Shown: positions 1-9,319 of the stretch, piece after piece | Numbering within the stretch: the stretch's first letter is position 1 | How the letters are laid out: every line of letters starts with the position of its first letter | Virus record (IMG/VR): IMGVR_UViG_3300046810_000338 | Coordinates: 62,001-126,000 of that record | DNA: 64,000 nt | Direction: 5' to 3' (one strand) | Made by a program: the position numbers and the translations under genes | The notes under the pieces: generated by a model | Databases searched by the model: none | What the model was told of the DNA's origin: nothing | The model's input: only the letters and a program-made list of their open reading frames with translations

Positions 1-2
1 TG

Positions 3-1262
3 CACAAGTCCACGCTGGCCGCCTGGAACGCCATGAACCAGAACGTAGTCCTGGACGATACCCCTGCTTACACCCTGGTCGGCCGTAACAGCAACCAGGA
101 ACAACTGATCGGTCGCATCAACACCACCGGCGAGAACTACCTCGACGAAGTGGGCATGCCAATCCGTTCCGACTTCGTCCTGGAAATGGACTCGTCCCGC
201 CATCAAGCGGGCCGTGAATTCCTGACCAGTTCGAGCAACATCGTCAAGGTTGCTGGTTACGTTGAACCGGTTTACACCCAACCGGTCCAAGACCCGAATG
301 CGCCGAACAACCAGCCGTTCCTGGCTCAGATCGTTCTGACTCGTCTGGCTACTGGCTACGACGCCGCCGACACCGAAATGAACATCCTCAGTCTGGTGAC
401 TGCGGCGATGATCCAGGTGCAAAACGGCTGGGCGGACATGTTCCGTCCACGCTACAACAAGAAAGATGGCGATGTTGATTACCGCGACATCGGTGCTCTG
501 GGTTACTGCACCGAGAAAGCTGCCAAGATCGACAGCCGTAGCGACAGCTTCAAGAACAACTTCCCGGCCTTCATGCGCGACTACTTCCGCCTCAATCAAG
601 GCGTGGTCTTCGCTCTGGACATTCCTGAAGTCGGTCCTGACGTACTGAACCTCGACATCTTCCGCGCTGTGGCCAGCGGCAACGCCAACGCAATCGCTGC
701 TTTCATCCGTGCCTGCGACAACCTGACCGGTGGCATCTACAGCAAGAAAGCGTCGATCATCGGCGATTTCTCGATGATCATCGATACCGGCAACCGCATC
801 CACAACGGCTACTACCCAACCGACACCGGCACTGCGGCGATCCGCGATATCCGCGACATCGATCTGCTGGCCGTTGCCAACCTGTACGGCAAAACCAACC
901 CTGCGGCAATGATGCAGTGGGCTGACTCGTTCTCGCCGAACACCGCTCCTGCGGCTGTACGCATGGCGAACCGCCTGGCCATCATCGACGACGCTCTGAA
1001 CGGTCGTCAGGTTATCACTGGTTACTCGGGCCGTTACTTCATCGGTCCAAAATGGTTCGAAGTGATCACCTCGGCGTGCCGTGAAGCTGGTCTGGTGGTT
1101 AACCCTGCCAACATGGTTCACGGTCTGGGCTCCGGTCTGATCATGGGCGGCTACGACTACTCGCAGTTCACTGCCGGCCAAGCTGGTCAGTCGATCTACG
1201 GTGGCGCTACCGCTGCTGGTCCAGGCGCAGCATTCAACGGCCGTCCTGGCGGTCGTTGGTAA
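3..1262 (+). CDS. chmA: Chimallin (phage nuclear shell protein), 5'-truncated by the window edge
   Basis: Frame is open from position 3. Motifs GMPIRSDFVL, DYRDIGALGY and RDIRDIDLLAVAN match my recollection of 201phi2-1 gp105 (GNPIRADIVV, DMKDIGALGW, RDRRDLDNLAALN). Lies directly upstream of the nvRNAP beta-prime N gene, as in phiKZ (gp54-gp55). Confidence 0.92.
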   Translation, partial: HKSTLAAWNAMNQNVVLDDTPAYTLVGRNSNQEQLIGRINTTGENYLDEVGMPIRSDFVLEMDSSRHQAGREFLTSSSNIVKVAGYVEPVYTQPVQDPNAPNNQPFLAQIVLTRLATGYDAADTEMNILSLVTAAMIQVQNGWADMFRPRYNKKDGDVDYRDIGALGYCTEKAAKIDSRSDSFKNNFPAFMRDYFRLNQGVVFALDIPEVGPDVLNLDIFRAVASGNANAIAAFIRACDNLTGGIYSKKASIIGDFSMIIDTGNRIHNGYYPTDTGTAAIRDIRDIDLLAVANLYGKTNPAAMMQWADSFSPNTAPAAVRMANRLAIIDDALNGRQVITGYSGRYFIGPKWFEVITSACREAGLVVNPANMVHGLGSGLIMGGYDYSQFTAGQAGQSIYGGATAAGPGAAFNGRPGGRW

Positions 1263-1274
1263 GTAATTCGGTAA

Positions 1275-1530
1275 GGCGCTTCGTTTAGACGCAGCGCCAT
1301 GCTGGATGTGAGCAAAGCCCTTTGGGGCAATAGGGTCATGGGATAGATCCCCTAATTCCCAATTGTGGAAAAGTCCTGCTCACCCCTTGTCGGATGCCCG
1401 AAACAAACTGTGTCGTTACACGGAGCTGACTCTCCATCGGGATAAACATCTGGCGGAAGATAGGGTGACACAAATGCTTCCTGACCGTAGGTTGGGAAAA
1501 GATCATGGGTAGGCTGCCCAGTGTTCACCC
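1275..1530 (+). ncRNA. Candidate structured non-coding RNA or structured 3' UTR of chmA
   Basis: No ORF in the track. About ten nested helices can be paired by hand, e.g. 1275-80/1293-98, 1308-14/1377-83, 1397-1401/1437-41, 1463-71/1521-30, 1478-86/1490-98. Ends just before a UUCG terminator hairpin. Confidence 0.55.
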
Positions 1531-1535
1531 GGTAT

Positions 1536-1555
1536 AGCCCTCCTTCGGGAGGGCT
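1536..1555 (+). terminator. Stem-loop terminator after chmA and the structured region
   Basis: AGCCCTCC-TTCG-GGAGGGCT, followed by TTACTTATGCC. Confidence 0.8.
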
Positions 1556-1596
1556 TTACTTATGCCCTCACTTACATTTTTTGTTGGAGGATTATC

Positions 1597-3087
1597 GTGG
1601 GATTAGTTGCGTATATTCTTGACCATAAACAGGTCATGGAAGATTTGCCGACCCCTCCTCTTATTGTCAATGACCTGAATTTGGACTTGGGTACCAAAGA
1701 AGGTCGCGATCAGTTGGCACTGTATTTGTCCTGTTCGTTCGAGGGCGATACGATTCCCACTATTCCAAGTTGTTTGGGTGGGCACATTACTGGCGAGCGT
1801 TACCTCGGCCGGTACTGTAAAAAGTGTAACACCAAAGTTACTAACCTGGTTGACCGGGCGATTGACAGTGGTGTTTGGATTGCTCCGCCAACTGGAGTAA
1901 AAGGGTTCATTCACCCAGAAGTGTGGAACGTTCTGTCCCCACGGCTGACGCCGCTCAAGTCGTTCTCCATGCTCAGTTGGATCTGCGATCCGTTCTATCC
2001 GGAAACGCTGGCATCCTTCCAAGGCATTCTGGAAGACTACAAGAGCAAGCATGAACGCGGTATCAACTATTTCATCGATCACTTCGATGAAATCATCGAG
2101 TTCATCATCACTTCCAAACTGTGCCAGAAGTTACCGGCGCAGGATAAAGAAGACATTCGTGAGTTCATCCGTCAAAACCGGGACAAGGTTGTGCAGAAGC
2201 ATCTGCCACTGCCGAGTCAAATCTTTGTGGTCTCTGAAAAGACTGCAATGGGTAACTACGCGGACGACAAAACGACTGCGCTGCTCGATGCGGTTTACAC
2301 GATCACCAGTACCTACAGCACCCCCATTGCTCTGGATCTGAAGCGCCGTCAATCTCACGCTGCTCGTGCTATTGCCGCGCTGGGTATCTGTTACGCCAAC
2401 ATCTGCACCAAGTTCATCGGTGGCAAGTATGGCCTGGTGCGCAGACAGAACATCGGTTCTCGTCTGCACTTTACTGGCCGTGCGGTTATCACATCGTTGA
2501 GCGACGCGCACCACTATGAAGAGTGTCATCTGCCGTGGGCATTCGCTGTGCAGATCTACGAGCCGCACTTGTGTGGTAAGTTGGCACGACGTGGCTTCTC
2601 GACCAACGATGCTCTGGCATTCTTGGAAGACAACACTCTGCAATGGAACCCATTGCTGCGTGAGCTGTTTGATGAGTTGATCAATGAGTCTCCGTTGATC
2701 GAAGGCTTCCCTAACGGAATCTTCGAAGATATCGATGCAGCCGGCAATCAAATGCGTGGCCTGCCGATCATCCTGCAACGTAACCCATCGTTGACTCGTG
2801 GTTCGGCACAACAGCTTTATGTACCTGTGATCAAAGACGACGTGGAAGATTTCACCATTTCCCTGTCGAACAACATCCTGGTTGCATACAACGCCGACTT
2901 TGACGGCGATGAGCTGAATGTCATGGTCATCCTGGACAGGAAGATGTTGAAGTCCATGTCCCGTTTCCGTGCCCACCTCGGTGCCCGCAGTCTGAGAGAG
3001 CCCCGTACTCTTTCCGACAACATGAAAATCCATGCACCAGTGGCGGCCACTTGGGCTCACTACGTGCATCACTCCGAAAAAGGTTAG
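1597..3087 (+). CDS. Non-virion RNA polymerase beta-prime N-terminal subunit (phiKZ gp55-like), uninterrupted
   Basis: Catalytic NADFDGD motif, QRNPSL motif, RLHFTGRAVITS, Zn-finger Cys (CLGGH...YCKKC); GTG start with GGAGG RBS. Confidence 0.95.
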   Translation: MGLVAYILDHKQVMEDLPTPPLIVNDLNLDLGTKEGRDQLALYLSCSFEGDTIPTIPSCLGGHITGERYLGRYCKKCNTKVTNLVDRAIDSGVWIAPPTGVKGFIHPEVWNVLSPRLTPLKSFSMLSWICDPFYPETLASFQGILEDYKSKHERGINYFIDHFDEIIEFIITSKLCQKLPAQDKEDIREFIRQNRDKVVQKHLPLPSQIFVVSEKTAMGNYADDKTTALLDAVYTITSTYSTPIALDLKRRQSHAARAIAALGICYANICTKFIGGKYGLVRRQNIGSRLHFTGRAVITSLSDAHHYEECHLPWAFAVQIYEPHLCGKLARRGFSTNDALAFLEDNTLQWNPLLRELFDELINESPLIEGFPNGIFEDIDAAGNQMRGLPIILQRNPSLTRGSAQQLYVPVIKDDVEDFTISLSNNILVAYNADFDGDELNVMVILDRKMLKSMSRFRAHLGARSLREPRTLSDNMKIHAPVAATWAHYVHHSEKG

Positions 3088-3090
3088 CGT

Positions 3091-3477
3091 ATGTCACTTG
3101 AGAACTACCCCAATCTGCATCACGCGGTGTTGATCCATCATGAAGAAGCAACTGAAAGTCTGGGAGCTGAACTGGCCGATGTAATTGACCAGGAAACTTC
3201 CACAGACTCGCTGATTGATGGTGCTGCAACAGCAGTGCTTGAACAGTTGGCGATGGTTGCAATGGTCAATGCTACAGAGGCACTGCGTACCGGCCGACCC
3301 GGCCCTGATCAGCTTAAAGTCAGACAGGGCCGTGTTAAGGTTATTGAGGGCATTCTGGAAATGGTTGAAGCCTCTGAAGCTTCCGACTATTTCCAAGACG
3401 ACGGTCAGATCAACCCACTGGATCTGATGCGTGAATTTGTGGCTTACAGCCACGCAAAGGAGAAGCAAGATGTCTAG
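3091..3477 (+). CDS. Acidic hypothetical protein, tandem paralog 1
   Basis: 128 aa ORF; N-terminal LxxYxxLH motif shared with the next two ORFs. Confidence 0.8.
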   Translation: MSLENYPNLHHAVLIHHEEATESLGAELADVIDQETSTDSLIDGAATAVLEQLAMVAMVNATEALRTGRPGPDQLKVRQGRVKVIEGILEMVEASEASDYFQDDGQINPLDLMREFVAYSHAKEKQDV

Positions 3478-3877
3478 TTTGCATCGCTATAACAAATTGC
3501 ATAAGTTGGCCCAGAACTTCTCTGGCGAGGGCCTCAACCCTAACGAACACGGGCTTTTCCAAGACCGTGTGGTTCTTGAAGCGACGATGGGTGCCTCTAC
3601 TGCACTCATCGAAGCCATGAAGGACGTTAACGCCGCTGCTGGCGAAACTCCTTTTGTAAATCGTACGCTGCTTAAGGCCGCCGCTATTTTGGCACCGGCC
3701 ATCGCCAGTGTGATTGACGTCTTGAAAGAAGACGCTGTCTGTACGGTCGAAGCCAGTTTGTTCAAGGACTTCGCTGCCGTCACCGGGTATGCCGAGGGCC
3801 TGCGTGAAGTGGTTCCATACGTGGCATCTCTTCCCGATCTGCCACCGCCTGCTCGGCCTGATGGGGTGTCAGAATGA
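3470..3877 (+). CDS. Hypothetical protein, tandem paralog 2
   Basis: Start moved to ATG 3470 (AAGGAG RBS, overlaps previous stop); LKAAAILAPAIASVIDV motif. Confidence 0.8.
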   Translation: MSSLHRYNKLHKLAQNFSGEGLNPNEHGLFQDRVVLEATMGASTALIEAMKDVNAAAGETPFVNRTLLKAAAILAPAIASVIDVLKEDAVCTVEASLFKDFAAVTGYAEGLREVVPYVASLPDLPPPARPDGVSE

Positions 3878-4365
3878 GCCGTCTGTCTAAATACGTTCAC
3901 CTCCACAAAGCCGTTACTTTCGGTGAGGAGTTGCATCTCGAAGAACTGGATGAAAATCCATTGCTCGAACCGATTCTGGTAGTATCGGCTGTCGGTGCCA
4001 TGACTGAAATGGCTGGCGGCATGATGCTCGACCAGTTCGCCCCTCCTGGCTCAACGCCCCCATCCGTTGACTACATGGCCAACTCGCTGGAAATGGCTCT
4101 GCGTGCTTCGGCCATTTTGGCTCCGGCAGTGGCAGATGTTATCGAGCTGTATCGCAACACTGACGCCTTCAACGAATGCTTCACTGAAGCTGACATGAAG
4201 GCCGATACTTGCCTGGCAGCACTGCGTCAGGTTCCTGAGTATGCAGCGGATAACCCAACCGTCGATCCCCAGATGGTTGAGACGTTCCAGCGGGCAGAAG
4301 AGGTCGAGGCTGCAAAGGTCCTGGCCCGCCTCAAAAAGGTAGAACAGATCCACACTCCCGATTAA
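3874..4365 (+). CDS. Acidic hypothetical protein, tandem paralog 3
   Basis: ATGA overlap with previous stop; LRASAILAPAVADVIEL motif. Confidence 0.8.
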   Translation: MSRLSKYVHLHKAVTFGEELHLEELDENPLLEPILVVSAVGAMTEMAGGMMLDQFAPPGSTPPSVDYMANSLEMALRASAILAPAVADVIELYRNTDAFNECFTEADMKADTCLAALRQVPEYAADNPTVDPQMVETFQRAEEVEAAKVLARLKKVEQIHTPD

Positions 4366-4377
4366 CAAAGGTGCACC

Positions 4378-5004
4378 ATGCAAATTATCTACGGTGGTGA
4401 TGATGTCGTATCGGAACTGATGTACGGTTCTCGATCCGATAACCTGATTCAAGAGTTGCGAAATAATCTCAACTTCAAGAATCCGCTACTCACCGAACAG
4501 GGTAAGGCGTACGCTGCAAGGGCAAATCAGGTATTTGAACAAGTATCTGGTTGGGATGTTGTGCGTGCAGCCCGTAAGGCTGTTAGCGCTATCTCTGGAT
4601 ATATCCGTAACGACCAAATCACCTTCTTTGATACGCTGGAACAGATTCAGACAGCGCCTCCGAAGATGCAGCGGTTCGTCATGGCTAGCTTGGAAATTCG
4701 TAAGAGCTACCAAGCAGGTCTTCTGAACGGATATAGCGAAAGCTATGTTGATATCCAACCCGGCATGATTGGCCATGATCACTACGACTACCGTGTGGCT
4801 TCCCACGGTATCGTTCAGACCACGGTCACTGATGAAGGTACTCCCCAGTACGAAGTTACTCAGTGGAAAATGGAGCTGGCTAAATGGGATGAGAAATTGT
4901 CTCAGAACAACCGGCTCGATCTGGCACGGACTTTCTCTGTTGCACATGCTGCACTCATTGCAATGATGGAAGATCCAACCAGCCGCTACGGTGATAAGTT
5001 GTAA
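4378..5004 (+). CDS. Conserved phiKZ-like core protein (probably gp59/Imp3-like)
   Basis: 208 aa, AAGGTG RBS, IYGG and YDYR motifs. Family assignment rests on synteny and recall only. Confidence 0.55.
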   Translation: MQIIYGGDDVVSELMYGSRSDNLIQELRNNLNFKNPLLTEQGKAYAARANQVFEQVSGWDVVRAARKAVSAISGYIRNDQITFFDTLEQIQTAPPKMQRFVMASLEIRKSYQAGLLNGYSESYVDIQPGMIGHDHYDYRVASHGIVQTTVTDEGTPQYEVTQWKMELAKWDEKLSQNNRLDLARTFSVAHAALIAMMEDPTSRYGDKL

Positions 5005-5010
5005 CTGATC

Positions 5011-5034
5011 TGGGGGCGGCTTCGGTCGCCCCCA
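5011..5034 (+). terminator. Stem-loop terminator
   Basis: TGGGGGCGGC-TTCG-GTCGCCCCCA, then TTTCTATG and a T-run. Confidence 0.8.
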
Positions 5035-5074
5035 TTTCTATGTGCTGCTTATTTTTTTGTCTGAGGGTTTCATC

Positions 5075-5503
5075 ATGGCTACTGGATACCCATCTCTTAC
5101 TGCTGAGGGTTTTATCTTTGCGGTCGATCGCAAGTGTGACCGGATTCTGATGAGCATGTTTGCAAGTGATGCTGGTCAATCGAACATGTTTGCAGGGTCT
5201 GTTACCAGTATTCAAAACATCATTTACCTGAACAGTGATGATGTCAATGCTGCTGGCACTGCTGTGGCCGCTGGCATTGAGCGCGTGCTGTCCCGATACT
5301 TTGATGGAGCCAACGTTCAAGGCGTCGTCACGGACATCGTAGACAAGCCTGGGCGAGTGGACATCAGTATTCAAGGCAGCGTTGTTCAGAACAACCGCCG
5401 CTATGACTTCGGTCGTATGCTGGAATCTGCCAACGGCATGATCCAGTCCATCATGAACAATCAAGGGGAAGTATTGTGGACGAACGTGCTGACGTACTCT
5501 TAG
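5075..5503 (+). CDS. Conserved virion/baseplate-associated protein (phiKZ gp62-like)
   Basis: ATG 5075 with GAGGG RBS; PSLTAEGFI and SDAGQSNMFAGSVTSIQ segments; synteny. Confidence 0.6.
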   Translation: MATGYPSLTAEGFIFAVDRKCDRILMSMFASDAGQSNMFAGSVTSIQNIIYLNSDDVNAAGTAVAAGIERVLSRYFDGANVQGVVTDIVDKPGRVDISIQGSVVQNNRRYDFGRMLESANGMIQSIMNNQGEVLWTNVLTYS

Positions 5504-5937
5504 TAGAAGATGTCCTTTCCAAGGTGGCCAGCGAGTATGGATTGGATGAGGTTATGGTTCGCGCCGTTGCAGCCACCGAGTCTTCTGGCGCTGTCAGTCT
5601 TTTCGATGACATTGTCGAATCAGTCCGAGACGCGGCAATTGAGCATGGGAAAGAGCACGGCCCTGTTCGAACAATCATCATCATAGGCAGCGACAACCAC
5701 TCTGCCCAACTTAAGGCTGCGTTGCAAGTCATTGGCTGTGACGTACTCGTCATGACCGAGGCAGAGGCCGTTACGTCGGAATACGGTAACGCCATGGTTG
5801 TGGCCAGCCGCCCCTCAGGCCCACGACCTGTTCAAGAGTTGTCAGAGCGCTGGTGGTTGCCTCCCCGTAAATCGAAAGGCGAAAAGAAACGTGAGCGCGC
5901 TTTTAATCGCAGGCTCTATGGACGAGGAAACTGGTAA
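5476..5937 (+). CDS. Hypothetical protein with basic C-terminal tail
   Basis: GTG start after AGGGGAAG; 153 aa; ends in a K/R-rich stretch. Confidence 0.7.
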   Translation: MDERADVLLVEDVLSKVASEYGLDEVMVRAVAATESSGAVSLFDDIVESVRDAAIEHGKEHGPVRTIIIIGSDNHSAQLKAALQVIGCDVLVMTEAEAVTSEYGNAMVVASRPSGPRPVQELSERWWLPPRKSKGEKKRERAFNRRLYGRGNW

Positions 5938-6584
5938 TGGCTGAAGAAGAGAAAAAACCCGAACTGTCTGTCGCAGAGCGGGCCGATGCAATGCCTAAGG
6001 GTCTTTCCTACGCTATCCGGGAAAGCATCGCTACCCTGCAAGTGTTGCAGGAAACTGACAAGGCCCGTGTGCACGAAGCTATCTTTGTGCGCGACGTGTT
6101 ACCTGTTCTGTGCGGTGACGAAGGTCAAACGGTTGACATGGCCTGGTGGGGTGGTCGTTTCGATAGCCCGTTCAAAGGCTTCCTCATTGTTAACGACGAC
6201 AATGAAGTGCTCTTTGAAGTACCGCCCTTGCTCGATCGTAACTTCGATCTAGTGCCGGCCAGACATGCACGGGACTCGATCAACGAGGACCGAGCCAACT
6301 ACACCAAGCGGGTTTATAACCGCCCAGGCGATGCTAAGGCCGAATACGCCGAAGCCATGCGTCGTCGTCTGGACTTGACCAAGACAGGTCGTCCACTGCA
6401 ACACATGCACATGCTCGACAAGATCTTCATTCACTACGGTCGTCCTTCTATCTTTGAGCAGGACTCGCGTGAGACGATTAAATTGGCCGTGGAATCTTCC
6501 GGTCTGAAAGTCGCTCCCACTGAGGCACCTGCGACTCAGGTCTTTAGCGAGGAGAATTACAGTGAAGAAGGGCTTCTCGATTGA
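5937..6584 (+). CDS. Conserved hypothetical protein
   Basis: 215 aa, TAATG coupling, GAGGA RBS; VLFEVPPLL segment. Confidence 0.75.
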   Translation: MAEEEKKPELSVAERADAMPKGLSYAIRESIATLQVLQETDKARVHEAIFVRDVLPVLCGDEGQTVDMAWWGGRFDSPFKGFLIVNDDNEVLFEVPPLLDRNFDLVPARHARDSINEDRANYTKRVYNRPGDAKAEYAEAMRRRLDLTKTGRPLQHMHMLDKIFIHYGRPSIFEQDSRETIKLAVESSGLKVAPTEAPATQVFSEENYSEEGLLD

Positions 6585-7695
6585 AATCGCTAGCATAAGC
6601 GATGTGCACTTGGGGCATACTCGAACACCTACGCAGTTGATCACAGAGAACTTGGACATTGCCTTTCCAGACAATGCCCAGTTCGCTAAGTTGGACATGA
6701 TCTTCATCGATGGTGATTTTTTTGATCGATTGCTCCAGGTGCCAGAAGACGATGCGTATATCGCTCGTCGTTGGATACATCGCTTTCTGTTGCGCTGCGA
6801 GAAACATGACGTTGCCCTGGCCGTACTTGAAGGCACGCCTCGTCATGACCGTCGTCAATCGAAGATGTTCCAGGAAGTTATTGATTTAACAGGAGTTAAG
6901 GTCGATTTTCGTTACGTGGACAGTTTGTCTATCGAGTACATTGAGCGCTTTGATATCCATGTGCTTTATGTCCCCGATGAATGGCGGCATGACCCTAACG
7001 AAACGTTTGCCGAAGTACAGGCACTGATGGCGGCAAAGATGCTGACTCAGGTCGACTTTGCCAGCATGCACGGTTGCTTTGAATATCAGTTGCCCGACGT
7101 AGGTAACGCCAGGCAAAAGGCGCATCAATCGGCTAACTACCTGCCGCTGGTGAGACACCAGATCTTCATCGGACACCACCATGTGTTTAGCGAGTATGAA
7201 CACATTGTTGCTCAAGGATCTTTCGATCGATTGATCCATGGCGAGGAGGCCCCCAAAGGCCACGTACGCCTCTCAATCAAGGATGGGGCAAAGACCCTTA
7301 CCTTCGTTGAGAACAAAGGTGCTATGGACTACAGGACGCTCTCAGTGTCAGGTATGTCGGTAGAGGAAGTGTTGGTGATGATAGCGGCTCTCAAACTGCG
7401 TCCTGATTCCAGGATTCGTTTGACAGGTGCCGTTTCCGACATGGGCATTCGAATGCTCAGGCACATCCGCCGGGACTTCCCTGAGTACAAGATCATTAGC
7501 GAAGTGGACAAGGTCGTAGGAGGCAAGCTTGAAGCACCTACGGTTGCGCGTCACTACGTCCCGATACAGATCGGCCCAGCCAATGTCATTGGCATGGCCA
7601 GGGACTGGATGGTCAGAGATGGCGCTAACGATCACGAGATCAAGTATTGCGAGGAAATCATACATGAGCAAATCAGTTCGGGCATTGGCCGGTAG
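6562..7695 (+). CDS. sbcD: SbcD/Mre11-like metallophosphoesterase nuclease (phiKZ gp65-like)
   Basis: Calcineurin-like motifs SDVHLG, GDFFD, GTPRHD, MHG, GHHH, QGSFDRL. Confidence 0.88.
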   Translation: MKKGFSIEIASISDVHLGHTRTPTQLITENLDIAFPDNAQFAKLDMIFIDGDFFDRLLQVPEDDAYIARRWIHRFLLRCEKHDVALAVLEGTPRHDRRQSKMFQEVIDLTGVKVDFRYVDSLSIEYIERFDIHVLYVPDEWRHDPNETFAEVQALMAAKMLTQVDFASMHGCFEYQLPDVGNARQKAHQSANYLPLVRHQIFIGHHHVFSEYEHIVAQGSFDRLIHGEEAPKGHVRLSIKDGAKTLTFVENKGAMDYRTLSVSGMSVEEVLVMIAALKLRPDSRIRLTGAVSDMGIRMLRHIRRDFPEYKIISEVDKVVGGKLEAPTVARHYVPIQIGPANVIGMARDWMVRDGANDHEIKYCEEIIHEQISSGIGR

Positions 7696-8527
7696 AGAGC
7701 AGGGACAATTCCCTATCTCCACAGGTACGTCGCGAGCGATTGAATCGTTGGCGAATATGATCCCCGATCAGCCCAAGATAAAGCCTGCTCCGATGGAACA
7801 GATTGACGTGCTGCTGGTGAACGTGCGCACGATCTATCGGAACATGTTGGGTTCGATTAAAGCTGTCGTCAAAGAAGACGTAGTTGCTCAGGACATCGCT
7901 GACTTCATCACGCAGGAGATGACACAGATCCGTACGGCGGTCACCAAGATCAGTAATGGTAAGGTGGACACCTACTTTTATCTGTGTCGGTATCCAAAGC
8001 TTAAAGAAGAGTTTCCGCATGCCCAACTGATTCTGCCTCAAACGCCTAAACAGCAAAGAGCCAAACAGTTGGAAGACCAGACCATGGACATTATCCTGGC
8101 CAATCCGTCTAAGCACGGAGCGCCTAAGATCTTGGACTACTTCCTAGCGGGAGATGGGTTGCAGAATGATCGAGCTGCATGCTTGACTCACCTGCCTCTG
8201 GATCTGGTCAAACGGTACGAGTTCAAAGAACTCTACCTGTTGGAATCGAACACTGGGGCTTTCAAGTCTTACCGCGACTTCTCCAGCAAGTTCAAAGTAA
8301 AACCGGCTGAGGCGTATTTCCCGTTCAGCTTGTTTACGTTACAAATCTTTGGTGATGGGGGCAAGATGTTTGCGCCCCTAGATCCAGAGGTGGTGCAATT
8401 TGTGGCCGGTCTATCCAAGCGGTTTCATTGGACATACATGACCAGCGCAGAGAAGATAAAGTTCAGCCTGAATGAGTCTGGCACCAACAAATTCAAGAGC
8501 TTCTTAAAGACCCTATTGCGCGATTAA
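7664..8527 (+). CDS. Conserved protein (phiKZ gp66-like), possible PIN/FEN-type nuclease fold
   Basis: Start moved to ATG 7664 (GAGG RBS); FPISTGT, LLVNVRTIYRN, THLPLDL, LESNTG segments. The fold is inference. Confidence 0.55.
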   Translation: MSKSVRALAGREQGQFPISTGTSRAIESLANMIPDQPKIKPAPMEQIDVLLVNVRTIYRNMLGSIKAVVKEDVVAQDIADFITQEMTQIRTAVTKISNGKVDTYFYLCRYPKLKEEFPHAQLILPQTPKQQRAKQLEDQTMDIILANPSKHGAPKILDYFLAGDGLQNDRAACLTHLPLDLVKRYEFKELYLLESNTGAFKSYRDFSSKFKVKPAEAYFPFSLFTLQIFGDGGKMFAPLDPEVVQFVAGLSKRFHWTYMTSAEKIKFSLNESGTNKFKSFLKTLLRD

Positions 8528-8596
8528 AACAGAACTGACTCGCCGTATTGTCTGAAGAGAAATGCCCCCACATTTACTGTTAGGAAGGAGTCCAGC

Positions 8597-9319
8597 ATGG
8601 CTGGCGATTACCAGAACAATGCTCCACAGAAACCAGCCAATGCGCTGCTCGAATACCGTCTGCGTCTGGTTGGCGACCGCCTGCCTGATGGCCGTAAAGA
8701 TCCGAACTTCCAAGTCAACGTCAACGGCAAGAACGAAGTTGTTCTGACCTGTAACACTGGCCTGTTCGGCGCTGACCAAAAGCAAGTCAACATCCAGGGC
8801 AAGATCTCGGCGATCACCTTCGGCGCAGTCGTTACTGCTGCTGAGCAGATCAACAGCAAAGAGCCTGGCTTCCGCTTCCCTCTGATCCACGTCATGTCGC
8901 CGCGCAAGCGCACTCCGCAAGACGGTCCTGGTACTCCGCAGGCTTTGGCCGGCGTAGTTGTAGTAGGTAAAGATGCCGATGGCGTTTGCTACATCTCCCT
9001 GATGCGTAAAGATCCTCCGCACATCAAGTTCCCGTTCCGTCCTGATCAGTGGGCGAAACTGCGCGATCCGGTCAGCAACCAACCTGCTACTCCTGCCGAC
9101 ATCTCCAACCTGTACTCGCAAGCCTGGGCCAAAGTTCTGGCGCCGTTGGCGCTGCATGTTCTGTCCAACGACGTCTACGACTTCCGTAACGATCCGGCGA
9201 ACAACAACAACAACTACCAGCAGGGCAACAGCCAGGGCTATCAGCCGAACAACGGCCAGCAGCCGCAGAACCATGCGCCTGCCAGCACCAACGGATTCGA
9301 CGACGATATCCCGATGTAA
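8597..9319 (+). CDS. SSB-like protein (phiKZ gp67-like) with N/Q-rich linker and acidic tip FDDDIPM
   Basis: C-terminal architecture matches bacterial SSB (linker plus DFDDDIPF); AGGAG RBS; strongly biased codons. Confidence 0.7.
   Translation: MAGDYQNNAPQKPANALLEYRLRLVGDRLPDGRKDPNFQVNVNGKNEVVLTCNTGLFGADQKQVNIQGKISAITFGAVVTAAEQINSKEPGFRFPLIHVMSPRKRTPQDGPGTPQALAGVVVVGKDADGVCYISLMRKDPPHIKFPFRPDQWAKLRDPVSNQPATPADISNLYSQAWAKVLAPLALHVLSNDVYDFRNDPANNNNNYQQGNSQGYQPNNGQQPQNHAPASTNGFDDDIPM

Noticed and set aside
1360-1510. Group I intron-like words (AATTGTGGAAA, AAGATCATGG)
   Set aside because: No Q or R elements in the right order, no P7 pairing found, and the region does not interrupt a gene.
1367-1532. 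RNase P-like words in order (GGAAAAGTCC, AGGGTGA, GGGTAGGCTGC, ACCCGG) within the chmA downstream region
   Set aside because: The P4 pairing to the ACCCGG segment is poor, and there is no room for J18/2, P2 or the ACAGAA element. Treated as coincidence unless cmscan with the RNase P models scores.
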